NCBI RefSeq assembly: GCF_006345805.1
Contig: NW_021825364.1
Span: forward strand, 1 to 15,923
Length of the DNA stretch: 15,923 nt
Source: Octopus sinensis
Lineage: Eukaryota
Direction of reading: 5' to 3'
The notes beneath the pieces were generated by a model. The model was not told the DNA's origin and did no database searches. It saw nothing but the letters and a program-made list of their open reading frames with translations. A program made the translations under genes and the position numbers. Shown here one piece after another: positions 1 through 10,465 of this stretch (position 1 is the first letter of the stretch; every line of letters begins with the position of its first letter).

Positions 1-195
1 CATACCGTGTATCCAGGACTATATTATGCTTACATCCCATATAGTTGAAATGGGAAACCCTGAAATTGCTGGCTTCGTGTTAAAAATGGAAAAGATGATT
101 ATTGGTGCAAAAGTTTGTTGTTTACGCTACATGTTGGACCTCCTCATACGTTCTATGTATCAAATATCCTTAGTGGGGTCTATTGTGCTGGATCA

Positions 196-287
196 TATAG
201 AAGTAGACATTTACCCAATGGGGCATCTATAGGACTGAACTCTGAATCAAGTGGTTGCAAAGAGTTCATTTTAATCGCACAGCCATA
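196..287 (-). mobile_element. Degraded 5' head of tRNA-derived SINE (same family as 2901-3296 and 8017-8413)
   Basis: tatagaagtagacatttacccaatgggg...actgaactctgaatcaagtggttg...cgcacagccat aligns by eye with tatagtagaagacacttgcccaaggtgcc...tgaactcggaaccatgtgattgg...cacacagccac at about 3210-3291. Confidence 0.6.
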
Positions 288-455
288 CTGACACATATGT
301 TTACTATTAAATCCGTTTGAAAGTAGTTTGAGTGAGTTATGCATTATTATAACGGCCACGCTGGAGCAGGACCATAATTTTTAACACTCTGTGTCACTTG
401 GATAGTCTCTGTGCACATCTACGAGGACCAGTCATACAATAGGTTACCTGAGATA

Positions 456-827
456 AGGTGGCGAGCTGGCAGAAACGTTAGCACGCCGGGCGAAATGCTT
501 AGCAGTATTTCGTCTGCCGCTACATTATGTGTTCAAATTCCGCCGAGGTCGACTTTGCCTTTCATCCTTTCGGGGTCGATAAACTAAGTACCAGTTACAC
601 ACTGGGGTCGATGTGATTGACTTCATCCGTTGTCTGTCCTTGTTTGTCCTCTCTGTGTTTAGGCCCTTGTGGGTAGTTAAGAAATAGGTATTTCGTCTGC
701 CGTTACGCTGAGTTCAAATTCCGCCGAGGTCGACTTTGCCTTTGAATTGATTTCCTTAATCGACTTAATCCCTTTGTCTGTCCTTGTTTGTCCCCTCTAT
801 GTTCAGCCCCTTGTGGGTAGTATAAAT
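456..827 (+). mobile_element. tRNA-derived SINE (Nin/Deu-domain-like) followed by a tandem partial second unit
   Basis: A-box-like TGGCAGAAACG near 467 and B box GTTCAAATTCC at 531-541. Central gcctttcatcctttcggggtcgataaactaagtaccag resembles the Deu/Nin SINE domain. Unit 2 (688-827) repeats 505-686 with an internal deletion. Confidence 0.85.
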
Positions 828-923
828 TTTAAAATATAGGTTAGTTGAGAGCACGTGACATCTCCAGTCGTTGGATCCCAGAACTTGTGAACATTATTCG
901 TATGTGCATGCAATATTTTGCAG

Positions 924-1201
924 ATGGCGGGGCCGAGATGCCAACAAAAAGAAAACAGAAAAAACAGGATATAAAGAAATCGTATCACTATCGTGATATC
1001 TATTTTCCAGTAACGATGGATATGTTACCTCGATTTTATAGCATAAAACGTTATAACAATTGCGAGCATTTAATGGATGCACTTTTGCAGTTTAGATTCC
1101 TAAACAGCAAGGAGTTTGAGAAAAAAGGGGCCTCTTCAGATCTGACAATACGCTCCTTTGTTCTCGCTTATTTCCTCTTACTCTCCTCTTTCGAATCTTA
1201 G
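924..1201 (+). CDS. Candidate terminal coding exon of an unidentified gene with a hydrophobic, GPI-signal-like C-terminus
   Basis: Acceptor tattttgcag at 923. Open frame DGGAEMPTKRKQKK...GASSDLTIRSFVLAYFLLLSSFES* ending in TAG at 1199-1201. AATAAA at 1342-1347. No recognisable homology. Confidence 0.3.
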
Positions 1202-1464
1202 TGAGTGTGTGTTCGATGTAGCTAGGGAGCGATGATCGAAAATAACTTAGAGAAGTCGTTGAAACTTGATTCCGTTTAGGCAATTTCTGTCAAGGTGTAA
1301 ATGTCTAAATTGTTCCTCCGTTGTATAACTTAAAGGGTCTCAATAAACTTTGAAATGGTTCCCTTCTTAATGACAGCGAGGCTTTATATTTCATTCTGCA
1401 TTGTATTTGCACTAAAATGTAAAGATGCCATCCTCCCATAAAAAGGCATACATACACTCATCTA

Positions 1465-1556
1465 CATACATATATATATATATATATACATATGAATATT
1501 CATGGCTTTATATAGATAGATGAAACGATTGATAGAAAGAGGCATATATATCTCTG

Positions 1557-1617
<61 letters not shown>

Positions 1618-1890
1618 ATCTATCTATCTATCTATCTGTCTATCTATCTATCTATCTATCTATCAATCTACCTGTCTATATAAATATATATATATATACT
1701 CATATATATATATATATATGGGTAAGGATAGCGAACATATATGCACACATATACACACACACAAACATATATATACACATTTGTATATATATATATAATA
1801 TATATATATATGTGTGTGTGTGTGTGGTGTGTGTGTGGTAGTTTCTATTTTCTTTTTGAAGCATATTTCTATTATATGAATATATAAATA

Positions 1891-1922
<32 letters not shown>

Positions 1923-1943
1923 CACACATATATATATATATAC

Positions 1944-1978
<35 letters not shown>

Positions 1979-1980
1979 TA
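1465..1980. repeat. Compound microsatellite: (TA)n, (TC)n, (TATC)n, (CA)n/(TG)n, (GA)n
   Basis: Directly visible simple repeats. Confidence 0.95.
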
Positions 1981-2900
1981 GAAGACAGGATATTTGGTAG
2001 GTATAGATATACTTTCCAAATATTACCATAAAATACTCTGGATAAATAAAAAAAATTCATATCTTTGATAATTCAATATATGCTCGATGTGTATATAGTG
2101 GTGCATAGTGGTGCATAGTGAATAAAACCCCGAAGCTCATACAAACCTACTCTCATAAACGTACGCTCGCTGACACATGCGTATACACACGTCTGCGCAG
2201 CCGCACACAAGCTACTATAGGATGGATTTTCATTGCTCTGCCAGAGTTTTCAACGAACAATTCGGAATATACATTAGCATTAAACCGTCTTATATATTTA
2301 GTGTTTCTTCAGCTGTTATAAAAACATCTGCTATTTAGAACACCCTGCGCTTTTTAAACTAGGATTTTACGATCTCTTGACACTACGGATCTTCCTTAAA
2401 AATAAGAGTAACGTTCGCGTTCTTTACCGTTCTTCGTATCGTCCATAAACCTTACACTTTATCGTTGGCATGTATATCTAATGAATGCCCTGTAATTCAC
2501 AGAAGATTACGAATTGATATTCTTACAGCGAGCATTTTTTTCCTTTAAATATATTTGTATTGAAGCAGATTCTGGGGATTATAATAAACCATACTTTATA
2601 GTTAAATATGTAACTTTATGTTCCCTGTTCTTTTCCCTTACTATTATATGGATGTATCGCATCTGATTCTAAATTTGACTTCAGTACTTCGTGCTAGCAT
2701 CACGTAATGCATCTTTCTTTAGAAGTAACCAAGTGAAAATTTTATTAGATTTTTGAATATACATACATATATACATTCACGCACAAATAAATACCCACGT
2801 ACGGCAAAATAAAATGATGGTGCATCATTTGGGATTCTAATCCTAGTTGAAGAATTGTTGGTATTTGTTAGCATGCTGCCTGGGTTCTAGAGTATTAATA

Positions 2901-3296
2901 CTCTTTTTTACTCCTTTACTCTTTTAGTTGTTTCATCATTTGACTGCGGCCATGCTGGAGCACCGCTTTTAGTCGGGGAAATTGACTCCAGGACTTATTC
3001 TTTGGAAGCCTAGTAATTATTCTATCAGTCTCTTTGCCGAACTGCTAAGTTACGGGGACTTAAACTCACCCCCATCGGTAGTCAAACGATGTTGGGGGAC
3101 AAAGAGACACAAAACATATACACACATACATATATATACATATATACGACGGGCTTCTTTCAGTTTCCCTCTACCAATTCCACTCACAAGTCTTTGGTCG
3201 GCCTGAGACTATAGTAGAAGACACTTGCCCAAGGTGCCAGACAGTGGGAATGAACTCGGAACCATGTGATTGGTACTTACCACACAGCCACTCCTG
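2901..3296 (-). mobile_element. Near full-length tRNA-derived SINE with an internal (TA)/(CA) microsatellite
   Basis: On the minus strand, A box TGGCTGTGTGG (3290-3280) and B-box-like GTTCATTCC (3255-3247). The body is the reverse complement of 8017-8413, and the 3' tail is (AAAAGAGT)-like. Confidence 0.9.
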
Positions 3297-4546
3297 TAAA
3301 TTTTATAATGTGCATTCTTCCGCTGATTTTCTATCTTATATCAGTACCTACATGCAGAAACCCACGCAGATATACACACGTATTAGCTATGTTAAACCCT
3401 GAATGCATGTGTTTTGGTTACGCGCTTATTACCTACGGGATTGCGTCAGGGGAAAAGTCACATTCAGGATCCGATGTTAAAAACAGACATTGAATACATC
3501 AAGCGAGGTGCAGCAGCTCGCCCTGTAGATGAGCGAGAACGATGGACAGCGATATTTCGCTATTATTTCAACTCCACATCATCATATGGCCGAATAATCT
3601 CGTCGGACTTGAGTCAATCATTGAAAGAAATTCTTAGCTATTAAGTCAATATGTTATTTCTACTGAGGAAGAATGTCATTCCTCCTCCCTTCTCACTCCT
3701 TTGGTTTCTTTCCCTCATCCTCTCTCTTGTCTCCCTTCCCCTCTGCCTCTGTTACTCACATGTGACTACATGCCGTTTCTTTTGCCTCTGTTTTTCCTGG
3801 ACTAGATGTTCATCGGGCTGGATGTCATTTCTCTCAGCTCCTGACATTTTTCTTCTACTATTTTCTTCTCTTCTAATTATTCTACTTTCTTGAAAGAAAT
3901 TCTCCCAGGCGTTACCCATTACAATTCGTCTTGACCTAACGGCCCTTAATGTTTGGCTTTGTCGATTGTTTACTCCGTATGTCCACTCAATCTTTGTTTG
4001 TTCGTTCGAAGGCCTAACTCTCCCTTAATTTTATATTTCCTTGAGACTGTCTCTAAGAAATTCATGGACTACAAATTTCACTTCATAGAACATTCATATC
4101 TTAGGAATTGAAAGAATAATTGAAGGTTCTCATCGTTTACGTAAAGAGTAAATGTTGAGAGAGGTTTGTAGGGAACTTCTAACTCGTATACAATGTCTTT
4201 CAGTAGCCAGTTGTTTCAAAGTGAGCAACAAACAATTTAGCAAACTGTTTTAGATATATTGCCGTATGTGTTAAATTCTTTCCATGCTGGCAAGCTCCAT
4301 AGATCACCTTTCGAGTTGACGAATGAACAATCACTCATAAACACATAAGCGACATTGCAATTGTCAAATATTTAAAGAAGATTGTCGTGAAGTCATAGCT
4401 AAAATTATTCAAATACATGCGGCGGTGTCTGGCTATAGCCCTTAATTAAAGGGAGATAACTATCCATACAAAACACTAGGCGGGATTAGAAATTCCAAAT
4501 GGTAATTTAGAATTATTCTTTTTTCTACTTTATCCAAATTTTGCAG

Positions 4547-4640
4547 AGGAAGTTTGATAGATGAAAACTCGATCCTGGCAGCAAGAACTTTTCCAAAACC
4601 TGACGTAAAACATCTTTCACGAGGCCTGTATTCTACATGA
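4547..4640 (+). other. Candidate spliced terminal exon (GSLIDENSILAARTFPKPDVKHLSRGLYST*)
   Basis: Strong acceptor attcttttttctactttatccaaattttgcag ending at 4546, 30 open codons to TGA at 4638-4640, and AATAAA at 4796-4801. Product not recognised. Confidence 0.25.
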
Positions 4641-5371
4641 AACACAAATGCAACCTCAACCAAAAGTTTGCCAATTTCGCATAACATGCATTTGGTAGCC
4701 ACTTATGGGGTATAGCATGACATTATTTTTACACGCAATGGTTCGTGATACACAATCAGCAATTGTTCACCAGGAATGAGATATACATTGAAGCAAATAA
4801 ATTTGCAGCGAAGTTGCATAAGCTGTGAAATTCGCCATTGATTAAAATGAATGACGTACATGGCTTACATGTATCGGTGCATCGAAATACTCAACAGCTG
4901 TTACAATTGACCGGCTTTGCTAGAGCTAAATGTCAAGTGTTGTTACATTTTTCTGTAACGTAGAGACTTTATGTTTCTGCACTTTGTGCGTATGTGTGTT
5001 TGCGTACGTCTGCGTACGTCTTTGTATGTTTGTGACTCAGAGTGTGTGAGCATGCGTGTTCGTTGCACATCCGTTCATGCCTATTGTCCGTACATTGAGC
5101 GCTGTTCAGAACAAACAACGCGCCATATTCATCGTAAAGTTACTTGCTATGTTTTGCCAGCGAGTTTCCCTTTGAAGCCGTTTCCATGTATTGCCATTTT
5201 CGCACATTTAAATTATTTACAACAGTACGTTTGCTTTGAATCAGTACAAACGTTTCTTTGTTCCTACTGTTTGTATGCATATATATTTAATTCGATATCA
5301 CACAATGCTTTCAAATATACCACCGTCGCCACCGTCGTCACACATTTGTCATTTACATGTCTGTACGTATA

Positions 5372-5468
5372 CACACACACACACACACACTATGTATCTA
5401 TGTATGTGTGCTTGTGTGTCAGCGTGTTTCTAAATATTCGTATATCTATATCTATATCTATCTATCTA

Positions 5469-5523
<55 letters not shown>

Positions 5524-5634
5524 GATATATTGTATATATGTATATTTGTATATATACATAACTACAAACACCTATGTATAATACGCATAAATATGTTTGT
5601 ATTGTGTCTATAAAATATATATATGTATACAAAA

Positions 5635-5671
<37 letters not shown>

Positions 5672-5699
5672 CATATATACATACATATATACATACTAA

Positions 5700-5751
<52 letters not shown>

Positions 5752-5770
5752 GTATGTCTATATATGTATA
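5372..5770. repeat. Compound (CA)n/(TATC)n/(TA)n microsatellite
   Basis: Directly visible. Confidence 0.95.
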
Positions 5771-6009
5771 ATCACACCAATATATATGCATGCTTATGAA
5801 CATGTGTATCCATTAAAATAATTAATTTCGATATTTTGTCGTTATTTCAGTAATTTGTTGAAGTATATCTTTTTGGTCGAACCGGTGACAATGTAGTCCT
5901 AAGATATATCCTAGACATAGCAGCCTATCCTCCCGTACACTTTATAACCTACCGTAATAAAAACGAAATTAGTAGGTTACTCGACACAAGCGGCACTTTT
6001 TGCTCGTTG

Positions 6010-6215
6010 AATCTTTTAAAATTACGGAAATGTACTTGCATAGCAAGTGTCTTGGTCTGAGATCGTGTGCTGGAACGAAAACAATTGCAGCATTTAAGAA
6101 ACACACAAAAACCGTTAGATTCACTTCAACATTTAAATTTAATTTGTCAAAATATTTTCGTCGCTTTGAGATCGCGACCTGTTCACTGACAATATTCCAT
6201 GCCGTATCTTCTAAA
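6010..6215 (-). mobile_element. Putative Penelope-like element terminal (pLTR) fragment
   Basis: Contains a minimal hammerhead-like fold followed by about 130 nt of 3' sequence, the usual pLTR layout. Boundaries are approximate and the class is inferred. Confidence 0.4.
6144..6192 (-). ncRNA. Minimal type-I hammerhead-ribozyme-like motif with a G3-C8 core
   Basis: Minus strand reads UUGUCA-GUGAACA-G-GUCGC-gaucucaaa-GCGAC-GAA-AAUAUU-U-UGACAA: 6-bp helix I, 5-bp helix II and a palindromic helix III. Confidence 0.55.
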
Positions 6216-6696
6216 AATGGTAACGAAATATCCCTTTCTTCATTCCTTATTGACACACACTAAAATCTCTATAACGTCGTACCGTTTGCTAGAAACAGCT
6301 GTCAAGCCTTCATCGAATATCCTGCTCCTTCTTTTTAAGACATCAAGTATAGGAATATTGATTATGATATTGGAATTTCTAGGAATTAATTTCTTATGGA
6401 ATATACGATCTGACTTAAAATTATTAAAATGATCTTGGTAAGTAAGTCGATTAATATGTATGAATTTTCATCACTTGATGGTAGGATATGATTAAAACTG
6501 ATAAGAAAAATAATATTTGAATTAATAGCTCTAGTGATGCAGGCAAGTTTAAATACATATAAGGATTACAATAGAGAGGGTTTTAAATTCGAAATAAAGT
6601 ACATTGTGCTTATTAGCATTTAAAACGAAAATTTAAATTAGCTAAGTTTGTATTATACGAGGTGGTATCAAAAGGTTCCCGGACAAGTTCCCGGAC

Positions 6697-6816
6697 TGGA
6701 GCAACGTGAAATGAAGTGGTTTGCTCAAGAACACAACGCATTGCCCGGTCCAGGAATCGAAACCACAACCTTACGATCATGAGTTCAACACCTTAACCAC
6801 TAAGCCACGCGCCTCC
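6697..6816 (-). mobile_element. tRNA-SINE 5' head inside the mariner (family of 10466-10638)
   Basis: Reverse complement reads ggaggcgcgTGGCTTAGTGGttaagg...GTTTCGATTCCtggaccgggc...ttcacgttgctcca, with A and B boxes. It matches 10466-10578. Confidence 0.85.
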
Positions 6817-6835
6817 GCACCTAAATTTTAACATC

Positions 6836-7377
6836 CTACATTTTCCGTGAGTTGATGATTTTCCGAGATACGCTCTTGATCTCGACAATGGTGTTAAGAC
6901 GGTGACATTTTTGCTGTATTTCTATGTTGGAGAAGAGACGGAAATCCGCAGATGCTATATCTGGCGAATAGGACGGGTGCGAAAGCAATGTCATGTTTTT
7001 AGTCGAGAAACTCACGAGTGAGGAGAACACGGTGACAGGGAACATTGTCGTTTTGAAGAATCCAATTCTTTGCGCTCCACAGAACCGTTGCTTTCTCCGA
7101 ATGTTCTCCCTCAAACACTTAAAAACTTCTTTGCTTGTCCGGCGACGATCCTCATGCCCAAGCCGATGGATTTATTTTTCCACTCCCGTGGCAGCTCTTC
7201 CAGATTGCTCATCATCTTCTTGGGATGATCTTCCACTTTTGAATGACATGTACCACACGAAACATTGCCTCAACCCGCTAAGCTTGCCAAAGCATTCCCA
7301 ATGTCACTGTAGCAGACTCCTCAAGTTTAAAGCAAAATTTCACGTTGGGTCTCTGTTCCAACCTCTTCTCTATGCAT
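6836..7377 (-). pseudogene. Mariner transposase pseudogene (frameshifts, stops, large internal deletion)
   Basis: Manual translation across frames gives KRLEQRPNVKFCFKL, CFVWYMSFKSGRSSQEDDEQSGR, HEDRRRTS joined directly to KEVFKCLRENIRRK, LWSAKNWILQNDNVPCH and HPSYSPDIASADFRLF (HDNA and YSPDLAPxD motifs; spacing consistent with 34 aa once a short frameshift deletion is allowed for). Confidence 0.9.
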
Positions 7378-8016
7378 ACACGTGATCGCAAATACACAGA
7401 TTTTACAACTTAGCGAAGTAAACACAGCGACGTTGTTCGGCACACTGCTTCATGAAGGTCACAACTAGCTCTCACTACGCACACAAACGTGTGCTGTTGT
7501 CTATTGGCGCAACAGAACAAGTTCCAGGCTTTTTGATAAATCTCATATAATGAATATATTTCTTCCCTTCAACCAGCAGTTTTTCTCTTCCATTATTCCT
7601 CGGAGCGTCGTCGGTGTAAATTGCTTAGTGACCCCCTCTATAGGACATCATCAGAAGCATAGAAAAGTGGTCTGCTCAATGTTGGTCGTGGCATTCTTGT
7701 GGTATGTCCCTACTTACCTTCTCTGCATAGATGGTCTTGCGGAGTTTTAAAAGAAGGCTGTCGCCTGGTGGGCTGTGCTCCCTCAAGCTTCACGGTGAGT
7801 AGCTGGAAGAGACCTCTGGTGGTGAGCAATATTGCAGAATCAGAGAAATATCTTTCTGATATCCTTCACCCTTTCCCTCGGTGCTTATCTATCACGGTTA
7901 CCAGAACAAACTTTTGAAGCTCTCGCTCTCTGTCTCTCTCACACACACACATACACGCACTCACACACTCACACACACATAAACTTGTATATCTAGTGTT
8001 CATGCATATAGTTTTT

Positions 8017-8145
8017 CATGTATCCCGGTTTCAATCCCACTGCGTGGCACCTTGGGCAGGTGTCTTCTACTATAGCCTCGAGCCGACCAAAGTCGTATGA
8101 GTGGATTTGGTAGACGAAAACAGAAAGAAGCTCGTCGTATATATG

Positions 8146-8187
<42 letters not shown>

Positions 8188-8413
8188 TATGTATGTGTAT
8201 GCGTTTGCGTGTCTGTGTTTGACCCACCAAATCGCTTGACAACCGATGGTTGGTGTGCTTGCGACCCCATAACTTAGCGGTTCGGCAAAAGAGACCGATA
8301 GAGTAAGTACTAGGCTTCCAAAGAGTAAGTCCTGGGGTCGATTTGCTCGACTAAAGGCGGTGCTCCAGCATGGCCGCAGTCAAATGACTGCAACAAGTAA
8401 AAGAGTAAAAGAG
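8017..8413 (+). mobile_element. tRNA-derived SINE, 5'-truncated (A box missing), with internal (TA)n
   Basis: Reverse complement of 2901-3270. Ends aagtaaaagagtaaaagag. Confidence 0.9.
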
Positions 8414-8824
8414 CTGTTACCAATGGATATCAACATAATATGATGTGGTTTGCCAAAACGCGTACTCACACTTGAAGCTGCTATTTTGCAATTAAGCATA
8501 GAAATTAGGGACTAAAAATACGCATTAAGGGACTTCAAAAAGACAGAAGCTATGTGTCTGAGTGCGTGTTATTAAATTCGTAAACGAATTTTGTCTAGAT
8601 ATTATCATGAACCTACCATAAAAATAATTTTATAAGCAAGATAGCATTTCCACTGGCATACTGGCATTGCTTTTTTCGGTAATAACATCTCTTGCTTGGA
8701 ATATATTCCCTGAGAACGAAGAATTCTTGGACGTTTGAAAACGCACTTCGTTCGGTAATATTTATCGATTCTGCGATCGGCCGTTGTTGTTTTGCTCTAA
8801 ATCGGTTAACAAGGAACAGACACT

Positions 8825-8991
8825 TGATCAAAATCTAATGATCAAAAAACATACGAAGGAACGACTATTGATTAACGATTTATGATCAAAGACGAACAGG
8901 GAAATCCTTACGATTGGAAACGATGTGATGAAAGAGTTATGATCAAAGACATATAATAAAAGATTACGAACAAATATATATGATCAAAGAC
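8825..8991 (+). repeat. Dispersed TGATCAAA motif x5, including three exact TATGATCAAAGAC 13-mers
   Basis: TGATCA at 8825, 8839, 8883, 8940 and 8981. The 13-mers are at 8881, 8938 and 8979. Confidence 0.85.
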
Positions 8992-9014
8992 TTATAAAAA
9001 AAGAAGGAATCCTA

Positions 9015-9104
9015 TACATAACTATACATACATATATATATATAAAAATACATATATATATATATATAAATATACATATATATATATATTAAATATACAT
9101 ATAT

Positions 9105-9170
<66 letters not shown>

Positions 9171-9178
9171 TACATATA

Positions 9179-9224
<46 letters not shown>

Positions 9225-9289
9225 GATAATATAATACATATATATATATAATATATATATATGTGTGTGTGTGTGTGTATATGTATATA

Positions 9290-9323
<34 letters not shown>

Positions 9324-9344
9324 ATTATATATATATATATATAT

Positions 9345-9422
<78 letters not shown>
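9015..9422. repeat. Long (TA)n / (TACATA)n microsatellite
   Basis: Directly visible. Confidence 0.95.
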
Positions 9423-9986
9423 GTCTTCTTTGCGTAATAAGTCATGTGTTCTTGAATATACCGTTCAAAAGCCCACTCCAATTTCATGGATATTTCGCTG
9501 TTATTTCTAAACAAAGAGGACGAACCACTTAGAACCGGGTGCTTTTATTTTTTTGCGCTTATCATTATTTCGTAGTCCGAGACTGTATTGATTCGGCATA
9601 GATCTTGGCATTCCATGGCGTTTCTATTAAAATTATAGACCCTAAAATCGTGATATTAAACTTGGGTTACAGAAAGCAATTAAGCGATATCTGTGTGAAC
9701 CGTGTGTGAACATTGCTATTTCGGATTTTGTCTTTAAATCTGGCAGATTTCCATCTGTATTTGTTTATTTATCTTGTTTGTTTTTGTCTTTTTTTTTGTG
9801 TGTGTCATTTTGTTTTTTCTCTTTTAAATGTTTATTTTTATTTATGCATTTTCTTTTTTTCATAACATTTAGAAAAGTTGAAAGAGTTTGTATTAAAAGA
9901 ATAATTACATTGCTAAGGGACCCCCTGATACGTATGTATACATACATAAGTACGTACATACATACATAAGTACGTACATACATACA

Positions 9987-10016
<30 letters not shown>

Positions 10017-10018
<2 letters not shown>

Positions 10019-10164
10019 CATATACATATATATACAAGCATATATACAGACAAACACACATGAGTATCTGAAAAAAAAATATATATATTATATATATATT
10101 TTTTTTTTTTTCAGATATCATGTGTGTTTGTCTGTATATATGCTTGTATATATATGTATATGTA
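10017..10164. repeat. Fold-back palindrome with ~70-bp arms centred on (AT)n
   Basis: tacatatacatatatatacaagcatatatacagacaaacacacatgagtatctgA9 pairs with T13cagatatcatgtgtgtttgtctgtatatatgcttgtatatatatgtatatgta. There is one 1-nt indel plus a homopolymer length difference. Confidence 0.9.
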
Positions 10165-10167
10165 ATG

Positions 10168-10232
<65 letters not shown>

Positions 10233-10242
10233 ATATATATAA

Positions 10243-10290
<48 letters not shown>

Positions 10291-10305
10291 TATATTATAT
10301 ATATA

Positions 10306-10371
<66 letters not shown>

Positions 10372-10393
10372 TATATATTATTATATATATATA

Positions 10394-10450
<57 letters not shown>
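10165..10450. repeat. (TA)n microsatellite
   Basis: Directly visible. Confidence 0.95.
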
Positions 10451-10451
<1 letters not shown>

Positions 10452-10465
10452 CAGACCTGTGCAGT

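Larger units (their letters stand above)
6658..7545 (-). mobile_element. Internally deleted mariner (Tc1/mariner, DD34D) DNA transposon
   Basis: TA flanks at 6656-6657 and 7546-7547. Degenerate TIRs CGAGGTGGTATCAAAAGGTTCCCGGAC versus reverse-complement TGAGATTTATCAAAAAGCCTGGAAC. Transposase remnants lie between them. Confidence 0.9.

Noticed and set aside
5969-6263. Overlapping 95-aa and 87-aa ORFs
   Set aside because: No recognisable motifs; they lie over a putative repeat terminus.
6993-7385. 130-aa plus-strand ORF
   Set aside because: It is antisense to the mariner transposase remnant.
7550-7750. KHRKVVCSMLVVAFLWYVPTYLL resembling GPCR TM6
   Set aside because: It lacks the CWxP motif, has a stop before any TM7/NPxxY, and has no upstream TM5.
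8881-8991. Repeat-spacer-repeat pattern as a CRISPR array
   Set aside because: Repeats are only 13 bp, spacers are unequal (44 and 28 nt), there are no cas genes, and the context is eukaryotic.
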